Translations under genes and position numbers: made by a program
Assembly (NCBI GenBank): GCA_052168215.1
Contig: JBQLZJ010000009.1
Location: 16,049 to 80,048, forward strand
Direction: 5' to 3'
Origin: Phycisphaerales bacterium
Lineage (GTDB): Bacteria; Planctomycetota; Phycisphaerae; Phycisphaerales; UBA1924
DNA length: 64,000 bases
Notes under the pieces: model-generated
The model's input: only the letters and a program-made list of their open reading frames with translations
The model's database searches: none
What the model was told of the DNA's origin: nothing
Shown: positions 56,871-64,000 of the stretch, piece after piece
How positions within the stretch are numbered: the stretch's first letter is position 1
Layout of the letters: each line of letters opens with the position of its first letter

Positions 56871-58303
56871 TGCTGCGCCTCCGCTGTTGGCTCTCCGTCC
56901 GTGTGATCCGCGTCCTGGCCGATCAGGGTCGCGAGTGTGACGCCCTGGAGTGCTTGTCGCTCGGCTTCGCGCAGGCGTTCGACCGCGCCGCTCCACGCCT
57001 GCCCGTTGCGTCGCACGCCGTTGGCCATCGCCAGGATCGCTTCGAGCGCCGTCCACGCCTGGATCGTGTCCGCCGGGGCAGCGAGCGAGTAGCGGTCGTC
57101 CCCGCCGTCGAGCTCGTGCAGCACGCCGATCTCCGCAAGCCGCTCGAGCATGGCGCCCGCGACGGCGGCGGGGATGCCCAGCTCGTCCGCGAGGGTGTCC
57201 CGCGCGGTCGGCTTGCCCCGCGCGAAGCGTGTCCCGATGTGCGCCAGCAGCGCGAGCGAGGCGGCCGGGTCCACCAGCGCATCGTCGTCGTCGTGGTCCT
57301 GCCGGTGGTCGGTCGCCTTCGAAAAGTGCTGGAGACCGTAGCTGACCTGCAGGCCGAACAGCACGATCAGCCAGGTGAAGTAGATCCAGAGCATGAACAG
57401 GGGGAGCACGCCGATGGAGCCGTAGAGCTTGGCGTAGCTGACCGAGTACTCGACATACTGCCGGAACGCGGACTTGGCGATCTCCCAGAGGATCGCCGCG
57501 ATGAGTGCGCCCACGGCCGCGGTCCGGACATGCACCCGCGTGTTGGGGATCGTCGTGTACCCCAGCAGCAGCAGCACGGCGCTGATGGCGACGCTGACCA
57601 CCGGCGCCAGCGTCCCGGCCCCGAAGCCGCGGAACTGCTCCGAGGCGTAGAACGCCGAGAACAGCAGCAGCGAGCCGAGCGTCAGCACGCTCCAGTACTG
57701 CGTGATCCGTCGGCCCCAGGACCGGCCGATCTTCGCCCGGTACACTTGGTTGAACGCCCGCTCGATCTCGGTCAGCATGGAGATTGCCGCGTACACCAGC
57801 GTCAGCAGACCCACAGCGCCGATGGCGCGGAACGGGATCGCCAGCAGGCGATCCACCAGCCCGTTGAGCAGCTCTTCGAGGCGGATCTCCGTCTCGTCTT
57901 CGGATGCCGGGGTTGTCGGGGACTCGTCCCGGTCGGCCGGCCTCTCGCCGGCCGTGTCACGCGCAGGCTGCGGTTCGTCGAACGCGTCGTCGATGGAGCC
58001 GGCCGCGTCGGCACCGGCGCGCTCCGCCTGTTCGTCCGTGTCGAACTCTGACACGCGGATGTCCGCAACGCCCGAGCTCTCGAGCGCTCGGTCCATCACC
58101 TGTTTCACCTGCTCCGCGTCGGCGAACGCGCCGACGATCGCGACCGAGATCACCAGCATCGGGATCAGCGCGAACAGCGTGCGGAAGGTCAGCGCGCTGG
58201 CCATCTGCGGCAGGCGTGACGCGAACAGCCCGCGCACCGCCAGCCGCGTGACGCGGATGGTCTCCCGCAGGCCCGGCGATCGCTCGGTCCGGCGGCGGCT
58301 CAT
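56867..58303 (-). CDS. yihY: YihY/BrkB (formerly 'RNase BN') family inner-membrane protein with an acidic loop insertion and a C-terminal winged-helix-like extension
   Basis: LPQMASALTFRTLFALIPMLVISVAI, YGSIGVLPLFMLWIYFTWLIVLFGLQVSY. The start overlaps the rluB stop (ATGA). Confidence 0.8.
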   Translation of the reverse strand: MSRRRTERSPGLRETIRVTRLAVRGLFASRLPQMASALTFRTLFALIPMLVISVAIVGAFADAEQVKQVMDRALESSGVADIRVSEFDTDEQAERAGADAAGSIDDAFDEPQPARDTAGERPADRDESPTTPASEDETEIRLEELLNGLVDRLLAIPFRAIGAVGLLTLVYAAISMLTEIERAFNQVYRAKIGRSWGRRITQYWSVLTLGSLLLFSAFYASEQFRGFGAGTLAPVVSVAISAVLLLLGYTTIPNTRVHVRTAAVGALIAAILWEIAKSAFRQYVEYSVSYAKLYGSIGVLPLFMLWIYFTWLIVLFGLQVSYGLQHFSKATDHRQDHDDDDALVDPAASLALLAHIGTRFARGKPTARDTLADELGIPAAVAGAMLERLAEIGVLHELDGGDDRYSLAAPADTIQAWTALEAILAMANGVRRNGQAWSGAVERLREAERQALQGVTLATLIGQDADHTDGEPTAEAQQ

Positions 58304-59337
58304 CGCTCGCCCCGATCACGCCGAGGACGCGGGCGAAGATCCGGATCGCGACCCGCGTCGGCGATCGCGCGGCGCACCCGGCGGCGGTCCAGCGTTGGGG
58401 TCTCCTCGTCGGTCCTCGTGGGCCCGCCTCGCTTGCCCTTGGCGGCGCCGAAACGGCGCGCCGGGCCGGCAGCGGTGGGGCGGTCGGCCGACTTGCCCCG
58501 GCGCACCGCTCGGCGGAGCGCTTCGATCTCGCCTCGGCTCAGCTCGCGCCAGGCGCCGCGCGGCAGGCCGCTCAGACGGACCGGCCCCATCGCCACCCGC
58601 TCGAGCTTCTTCACCGGGCAGCCGACCGCCGCCAGCATCCGCCGGACCTGCCGGTTGCGACCCTCGGTCAGCCGGAGCTCGAGCACGGTGCGTTCGCGGT
58701 CGCGCTTGAACACCGAGACCTCGACCCGAGCGGTCCGCGCTGCGCCCACGGTCTGCCCGGCCCGCCGCTCGGCGAGATAGATCCCTCGCTCGAGCTCCCT
58801 GGCGTCCTCGTCGGTCAGCGAACCCTTCACGACCGCGCGGTAGGTCTTCGTCACGCCGAAGCGCGGGTGCGTCAGCCGGTTCGCCAGCTCGCCGTCGTTG
58901 GTCAGCAGCAGCAGCCCCGTCGTGTCGAAGTCGAGCCGGCCGACCGGGAACAGGCGGTCGGCTGCGGGATGATCGACCAGGTCCAGCACGGTTCGTCGGT
59001 CAAGCTCCGGCTCGTCGGAGGTCGTGGTGACGGTCCGCGCCGGCTTGTTGAGCATGACATAGACCCGCCGCGACCGTCGGCCGATCGGTCGGCCCTCCAC
59101 GGTGATCCGGTCGCGGTCGGGGTCGGCAAAGGCGGGCAGGAAATCGACCACCGTGCCGTTGACCTCGACGGCGCCCTGCTCGATAAGCTCCTCGCAGACG
59201 CGTCGGGCCGCGACGCCGGCGTCCGCGAGGGTGCGCTGCAGGCGGGGGCCGCGCGACTTGTCGCCGTAGACCCGCCGCGCCTCCCGGGGGTCGAGCCGGC
59301 CGGGGCTGGGCGATCGATCTCTGGGCGGGGTGGGCAT
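58300..59337 (-). CDS. rluB: Pseudouridine synthase, RluB/RsuA family, with an S4 domain and an Arg/Gly-rich tail
   Basis: S4 domain: RLQRTLADAGVAARRVCEELIEQGAVEVNG. VYVMLNKPARTVTT. Catalytic FPVGRLDFDTTGLLLLTNDGELANRLTHPRFGVTKTY. Confidence 0.85.
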   Translation of the reverse strand: MPTPPRDRSPSPGRLDPREARRVYGDKSRGPRLQRTLADAGVAARRVCEELIEQGAVEVNGTVVDFLPAFADPDRDRITVEGRPIGRRSRRVYVMLNKPARTVTTTSDEPELDRRTVLDLVDHPAADRLFPVGRLDFDTTGLLLLTNDGELANRLTHPRFGVTKTYRAVVKGSLTDEDARELERGIYLAERRAGQTVGAARTARVEVSVFKRDRERTVLELRLTEGRNRQVRRMLAAVGCPVKKLERVAMGPVRLSGLPRGAWRELSRGEIEALRRAVRRGKSADRPTAAGPARRFGAAKGKRGGPTRTDEETPTLDRRRVRRAIADAGRDPDLRPRPRRDRGER

Positions 59338-59473
59338 CGCGGGAGTCTAGGTGCGGGCCGGATTTCTGGGCCCCCGGGTCCGCCGCTGCCGATGAGCCGG
59401 TCAGGCGCGGTCGTTCTGCCCGGATGGAGCCGGGTCCGCGCGCCGCACGCCCCAGCCCCGACGAGGAGCCGTC

Positions 59474-61177
59474 GTGGAGCCCGCGATCCGAGCCAACCCG
59501 CACGCCGAGCCCAAGCCACGCGCCGAGGGTGCGCTCGCCGCCGCGTCGGATCCCTTCCTGACACCCCGGGTGATCGATCGGCTGGCGTTCGAGGAGTACG
59601 GCCGGCTGCTCCGAGGGGAGATCGAACGCGCCACCAAAGAGAGCGAGCTGCTGGCCCGCCGCGCCGAGGCCGCGGCGGTCGTGCTCGACCAGCTCGAGTC
59701 GTTCATCGGCGGGAACGCGGACGCGATCGAGCGAGCCGCGGAGATCCTCACCGGCATCGACGACCGAGCGGCCCGCACGCGTGAGCTGCTGCAGGAGATC
59801 GACCGCCGCGCCGACGCGCTGTCGCGCGCAGCCGATCGCTTCGAGAGCGAGGCCGACGCCCGCACCGAGCAGTTCGAGCATCGGCTCAGGAACCTGGTCG
59901 ACACCGCGATGGACCGATTCGAGGAGACCGAGGACCAGCTCGTTGCCCGTGCCGCGTCCATGCGTCGGAGCCTGATCGATCGGCTCGAGGAGATCCGGTC
60001 CAAGGGGGAGAGCGCGCTCGAACGGCTCGAACAGCGTGGCGCCTCACTCGTCGCCTCGGCCGAACAGGACCTTGAGCGGCTCGAGCAGCGGAGCAAGGCG
60101 GAACGCCTGGCCGGCGAGGAGCTGTCGGCCCGACTCGCGGGGCTGTCAGCCCAGCACGAGGAGCGCACGAGTGCGCTGCTCGTTTCAGTCGAGACATCGC
60201 TCTCCACCGCGGAGCGGCGGATCGACGAACGCGCCGCGAGCGCCGAGCAGAGGTTCGTGGATCACGCCGGTCGTGCCGACGCCGCTGCCCGCCGCGCCGA
60301 CGATCTGACCGCCACGCTCGAGCAGCTGCTCGGGCATGTCGAACGCCAGGCGGCGAAGATCGAGGTCGAAACGAAGAATGCGGCGTCCACGATCGATGCG
60401 CACCGAGAGCAGACGCTCCGATCGGTCGCCGAACGCCTCGACGCCGCCGCCACCGAACGGCTCGCGCAGCTGACCGACGCCCTGGACCGTCAGGCCGGCG
60501 ACCGGGCAGCGAGCATCGAACACATCCTCGAACGGCTCGAAGCCGCGGGTCGGTCCGCCGAGCAGGTGCTCACCTCGTCGAAGCTCCGCAGCCTGCTCAC
60601 CCGGTGCGAGCGCGCCGAGGACGCCGCGGCCACCGCCGCGATGCGTTTCGAGCAGCTCGCGGACCAGACCGGCGTCGCCGCCAAGACGCTCGGCGAGACG
60701 CTGCTTGCGGCTGCCTCGCGGGTGGACGAGCTGGATGCACACGCCGCCACGCTGCTCGAGCGTGCGCAGGGACCGATCGAAGCGCTCGCGCCCGTGGTCG
60801 AGCGTGCCCAGAGGCTCGCGGAGCAGCTCCAGCCGTGGGTCGAACTGCTCGGACCTCGCTCGGCTGGTCGGGCGCCGGCGCCCATCGCCGATCTGCTCGA
60901 TGAGGTGCGATCCGCTGCCGCGTCGGCGCCAACGGCGAGGGACGAAGAGCTGCGCGCCGAGGTGCAGGGGCTCTCGGAGATGGTGCTCGCGCTGAGCACG
61001 CAGCTCGCCGCGATGGAGAAGAAACTCCAGCCGCCCAAGCCCGCCAAAACTCCTGGCACGAAGCGTGGGGCGAACCAGGCCGCCGAGCCCGCGGCCGCGG
61101 GCGTCGAGTCCAAGCCCCGTACGCGGTCCAAGGCGTCCCCAAAGAAAAAAGCCGCCGCCCCGAAGCGCGCCGGTTAG
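59474..61177 (+). CDS. Long alpha-helical/coiled-coil protein with a Lys/Pro/Ala-rich basic tail
   Basis: About 500 aa are dominated by A/E/R/L/D heptad-like sequence (…ERLEQRGASLVASAEQDLERLEQRSKAERLAGEELSARL…). It ends KKLQPPKPAKTPGTKRGANQAAEPAAAGVESKPRTRSKASPKKKAAAPKRAG. GTG start. Confidence 0.6.
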   Translation: MEPAIRANPHAEPKPRAEGALAAASDPFLTPRVIDRLAFEEYGRLLRGEIERATKESELLARRAEAAAVVLDQLESFIGGNADAIERAAEILTGIDDRAARTRELLQEIDRRADALSRAADRFESEADARTEQFEHRLRNLVDTAMDRFEETEDQLVARAASMRRSLIDRLEEIRSKGESALERLEQRGASLVASAEQDLERLEQRSKAERLAGEELSARLAGLSAQHEERTSALLVSVETSLSTAERRIDERAASAEQRFVDHAGRADAAARRADDLTATLEQLLGHVERQAAKIEVETKNAASTIDAHREQTLRSVAERLDAAATERLAQLTDALDRQAGDRAASIEHILERLEAAGRSAEQVLTSSKLRSLLTRCERAEDAAATAAMRFEQLADQTGVAAKTLGETLLAAASRVDELDAHAATLLERAQGPIEALAPVVERAQRLAEQLQPWVELLGPRSAGRAPAPIADLLDEVRSAAASAPTARDEELRAEVQGLSEMVLALSTQLAAMEKKLQPPKPAKTPGTKRGANQAAEPAAAGVESKPRTRSKASPKKKAAAPKRAG

Positions 61178-61193
61178 CCCGCATGCCGGTCTG

Positions 61194-61245
61194 GGACCGC
61201 AGCGCACGCCCCCGCGCCGTGGGCGCGGGGGCGTCGCTGCGGTCC
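61194..61245. terminator. Long interrupted G/C hairpin between convergent genes (likely bidirectional terminator)
   Basis: ggaccgcagcg-ca-cgcccccgcgcc-gtg-ggcgcgggggcg-t-cgctgcggtcc has 11+12 paired positions by hand. It lies between the stop at 61177 (+) and the stop at 61265 (-). Confidence 0.55.
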
Positions 61246-61264
61246 GTGAGAGAGAGGTCCGTGG

Positions 61265-62020
61265 TTACGGCGTGCAGGTCGGGCCCGCGGTTCCCTGGTT
61301 GTACGCCGCCACCCAGGCACTGAAGTCCGAGCCCTCGACGGAGCCGTTCTGGTTCGTGTCGGCGATCGGGTCGCCCTGGTTGAACGCGGCGACCCACGCC
61401 GTGAAGTCGCCGGGCTCGATCGAGCCATTGTTGTTGCTGTCCGCGCAGAGCCGTGACCCGCCGTCGACGATGAGGTCGAGCCGCAGGTCACCGGTGGCGC
61501 TGGGGCCGAACGCCAGGGTCGTCGCGAAGAGCTGGTACGACCGCCCGGCGACCAGCTCGAACTCGGCTTCTCCCGAATCGGGACGCGCATCATCCAGCGG
61601 GAGCGCAAAGACCGCGTCCTGCGTCAGCTCGTCGACGACGACCAGGACATCGACCTGGGCGGTGCCGATCGGCGGCCTCGGCGCATCCCAGGTCACCCGG
61701 GCGAGGCTCGTCTCGGTAACGCGGAAGGCGGCGCTCACGCCCGCATCGGCGACCGAGCCGGGGGAGACCGTGTACATGGAGACGAAGGCGGTCGTCGGCG
61801 TGAGGCCGGCCGTCGCCCCCGCTTGGCTGTAGGCGACCTCCACCGTTTCGATGTCGCCGGTCAGAGAGCCGATCTGCCCGGACAGGTAGTCGTAGGCGTA
61901 CGCGCTCGTCTCGTAGCCCGCGGGGTCATCGACCCACTCGAACGCGGGCTGGCCGAGGGTTTGGCCCCCGGCGAACAACGCCCCACCAAAGAGGCACGCC
62001 TTCCAGGTCGTCTGTGTCAT
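61265..62020 (-). CDS. Secreted protein with a C-terminal Cys-bracketed double dockerin/EF-hand-like module ('GC-type dockerin' style anchor)
   Basis: Signal-like MTQTTWKACLFGGALFAGGQTLGQ. The C-terminus is LCADSNNNGSIEPGDFTAWVAAFNQGDPIADTNQNGSVEGSDFSAWVAAYNQGTAGPTCTP, which is two D-x-N-x-N-G-x5-DF-x-AWV-A-(F/Y)NQG repeats. Confidence 0.7.
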   Translation of the reverse strand: MTQTTWKACLFGGALFAGGQTLGQPAFEWVDDPAGYETSAYAYDYLSGQIGSLTGDIETVEVAYSQAGATAGLTPTTAFVSMYTVSPGSVADAGVSAAFRVTETSLARVTWDAPRPPIGTAQVDVLVVVDELTQDAVFALPLDDARPDSGEAEFELVAGRSYQLFATTLAFGPSATGDLRLDLIVDGGSRLCADSNNNGSIEPGDFTAWVAAFNQGDPIADTNQNGSVEGSDFSAWVAAYNQGTAGPTCTP

Positions 62021-62191
62021 GATGGTCTCCGGTTGCTATCAGGCAAAATTCTTTCAAAGAGACTTTAGCATCATTTCGCAACCCGGTTCCACACCCACTC
62101 GGATTACTTCTCGGCTGGCTCTTCACGCACGGAGGACTGCAGGAGGACTGCCGGAGGCTGGCGGTCGCGGAGGATCCGGTACGATCCCCGC

Positions 62192-63817
62192 ATGCACGGC
62201 GGCGAGCCGACGATGACCCTGAGACCGGTGGCCGCTTTCGGTTCGAGCGAGCCCGTGCCGCCCGCCGTGCTGCCCGTGGACCGCCCGTTCTTGATCGGGC
62301 GGTCCGCCGAGGCCGACTGGCACATCCCGGACCCGTGCGTCTCCCGCCGGCACGCGACGATCGGGCGGCAGGGCGGCTCGTGGTTCATCACCGATCTCTC
62401 GTCCCGCCACGGCACCTCGATCAATGATCGTCGGCTCGAGCCCGGCGATCCGACGCCGATCCAGCCCGGCGATGTGATCGCGTTCGGGACCTGGCGGTGC
62501 CGATGCTCGTCGGCCGAGGCGAACCCGCACAACACGACGCGGTTCACTCCCACCGGCCACGGCGGCGGGAGCGTCACCGCGATTCCAAGGCATCAGCTCG
62601 GCGGCGTGGCGCAGCGCGGGCTGGATGTGCTCATGGCGCTCACCGCGGCGCTCGACGGGGCCAAGTCCCGCCAGCAGGTCGCCCAGGCGGTCGTCGATGC
62701 CGTTCGAGAAGCCACCGGCTGCCGGCGCGTGGTGCTGATCGAGCCCGAGGACGGTCAGGATCTGGCCGTGCTCGCTTCCACCACCGAAGGCACACCACGC
62801 GTCTCGCGATCGCTTATCGAACAGGCCGCGCGCCAGGGCCTTGTGCAGCTCAACGCCGCGGACGACCGGGTGCACCACGGGCAGTCGATCATGGATCTGG
62901 GCATCCGATCGGCGATCTGTGCGCCCGTGCTGGTGGACGGGTCCCCGGTCGCGTTCATGATGCTCGACACGCGCGACGCCGAGGGTGATGTACCGGCGGA
63001 CGCCGCGGCATTCTGCGAGTCCGTTGCCAGGCTCGCCGGGCTCTCGTTTCAGCGGGTCAGCGCGGCCCTCATGGCCGAACGCCACCGCCAGCTGGAGTCG
63101 GACCTGGAGGCCGCCCGCCGCGCGCAGGAGATGCTCTCCCCGCCCACCCGTGGCACGCGTGGCGGCGTCGCCTACCGCTTCGAGTCCATCCCCGGTCGGG
63201 TCGTTGCGGGTGATCTGTTCGACATCTTCCAGCTCGACCCGTCCCGCACCGCGTTCTTTCTCGGCGATGTCTCGGGCAAGGGGGTCGGCGCTGCCATGCT
63301 GATGGCGGCGTGCCAGTCACAGCTGCGGACGCAGCTGCTGTCGGGTGCGCACCTCGCCGACGCCGTCGCCGCCGTCAACGCGGACCTCCATCAGCGCACC
63401 GAGGCATCGAAGTTCATCACGCTCGTCGCCGGGATCATCGATGCCGCCAGCCGACAGGCGAGCCTGGTCGACGCGGGACACGGCCTGTGTGTCATCACCG
63501 CGCCAGAGCGATCACCCGAACGGCTGGTCGCCAACTCCGGCATCCCGCTCGGCATCATGGAACACGCGGACTTCGGCGTCCTCGCCGTCGACCTCCCGCC
63601 GGGCGCTGCGCTGCTCCTGTTCTCCGACGGCGCCATCGAGCAGCCAGACGGCAACGGCGAGCATCACGGTCTGGCCGGCGTGCTGGGCTCGCTCGCGTGC
63701 GTCATCGATCCGGGCGACGCCGTCTCCGCGGTGACCGAGAGCGTCCGTCGGCACGCCGCCGGCCCGCTCGCCGACGACCTGACTGTTGCCTCGCTCTGGA
63801 TCACCGACGGCGATTGA
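62192..63817 (+). CDS. FHA - GAF - PP2C/SpoIIE three-domain signalling phosphatase
   Basis: FHA: FLIGRSAEADWHIPDPCVSRRHATIGRQGGSWFITDLSSRHGTSINDRRL...GDVIAFG. A GAF-like middle domain. PP2C: VAGDLFDIFQLDPSRTAFFLGDVSGKGVGAAMLMAA...LLLFSDGAIEQ...PLADDLTVASL. Confidence 0.8.
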   Translation: MHGGEPTMTLRPVAAFGSSEPVPPAVLPVDRPFLIGRSAEADWHIPDPCVSRRHATIGRQGGSWFITDLSSRHGTSINDRRLEPGDPTPIQPGDVIAFGTWRCRCSSAEANPHNTTRFTPTGHGGGSVTAIPRHQLGGVAQRGLDVLMALTAALDGAKSRQQVAQAVVDAVREATGCRRVVLIEPEDGQDLAVLASTTEGTPRVSRSLIEQAARQGLVQLNAADDRVHHGQSIMDLGIRSAICAPVLVDGSPVAFMMLDTRDAEGDVPADAAAFCESVARLAGLSFQRVSAALMAERHRQLESDLEAARRAQEMLSPPTRGTRGGVAYRFESIPGRVVAGDLFDIFQLDPSRTAFFLGDVSGKGVGAAMLMAACQSQLRTQLLSGAHLADAVAAVNADLHQRTEASKFITLVAGIIDAASRQASLVDAGHGLCVITAPERSPERLVANSGIPLGIMEHADFGVLAVDLPPGAALLLFSDGAIEQPDGNGEHHGLAGVLGSLACVIDPGDAVSAVTESVRRHAAGPLADDLTVASLWITDGD

Positions 63818-64000
63818 CCCAGTCGGCCGCGCCACGGCGAACTCGAACTTCAACGGCGTCGTGGACCGCGGCAACTTCGCGGCGTGGACCGGTCCATACC
63901 TGAGTCAGCGAACGGACAGCAGCGGGGTGTACAGCCAGTTGCGACCGGATCCGGAGTCACCTCCGGGAGCACCCCGTTCGGAGAGACCCGATCACGACGG

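Noticed and set aside
63819-63900. Reading frame after the FHA-GAF-PP2C gene translating to ...NSNFNGVVDRGNFAAWTGPY, reminiscent of one dockerin-type repeat (D-x-N-x-N-G-x5-(D/N)F-x-AW).
   Set aside because: There is no credible start and a stop lies just upstream in frame. It is a single degenerate repeat only and runs into the window edge. It is possibly a gene remnant but is unsupported.
63906-64000. Possible minus-strand gene entering from the right edge (ending ...PLLSVR*).
   Set aside because: An in-frame stop occurs within about 30 codons of the edge, so it is not an open frame.

Overview
Very G+C-rich, densely coding bacterial chromosomal segment with about 50 credible CDSs. I found no rRNA, tRNA, CRISPR array, transposase or integrase. 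Lineage is an inference: Planctomycetota, possibly Phycisphaerae. It rests on an N-terminal LEPRKLL ('LEPR-XLL') motif on a giant protein, a Cys-bracketed double dockerin-like tail ('GC-type dockerin'), PEP-CTERM-like tails and scattered nuo genes. Backbone genes: ftsK (partial), comM, an M1 peptidase, pgsA-pgpA, nuoJKLMN, pheA, ltaE, lepA, rnc, rpmH, an orphan nuoB, yihY and rluB. Stand-out content: (1) A 3,250-codon, apparently cysteine-free, very acidic LEPR-XLL protein (17335-27087). It carries PPC-like modules, a long beta-helix-like tract and a C-terminal domain with what looks like a catalytically dead metzincin motif. It is followed by a strong terminator, a GT-C (ArnT/PMT-like) glycosyltransferase and a PilZ protein. 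(2) A 43-nt imperfect direct repeat of the lepA 3' end, SD-like sequence included with a stop codon following each copy, 181 bp downstream. It brackets a 43-codon ORF and abuts a visibly lower-GC MtlR/YggD-like gene, which suggests an insertion scar or small accessory islet. (3) A lower-GC Mrr-type nuclease with an unassigned N-terminal reader-like domain, wedged between rpmH and the orphan nuoB. (4) Tandem paralogous 'PAP-CTERM' proteins. (5) A ferritin-like DUF2202 lipoprotein with a Gly/Cys/His tail. (6) Dense c-di-GMP and Ser/Thr phospho-signalling (PilZ, HD-GYP, GAF-PP2C, FHA-GAF-PP2C). All function calls rest on motif recognition by eye in the supplied translations and in my own reverse-strand reading; no searches were run. 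Many long ORFs in the track are antisense or out-of-frame artefacts of high GC and were rejected. The track also uses GTG/TTG/CTG starts shown as M, so several starts were re-chosen.
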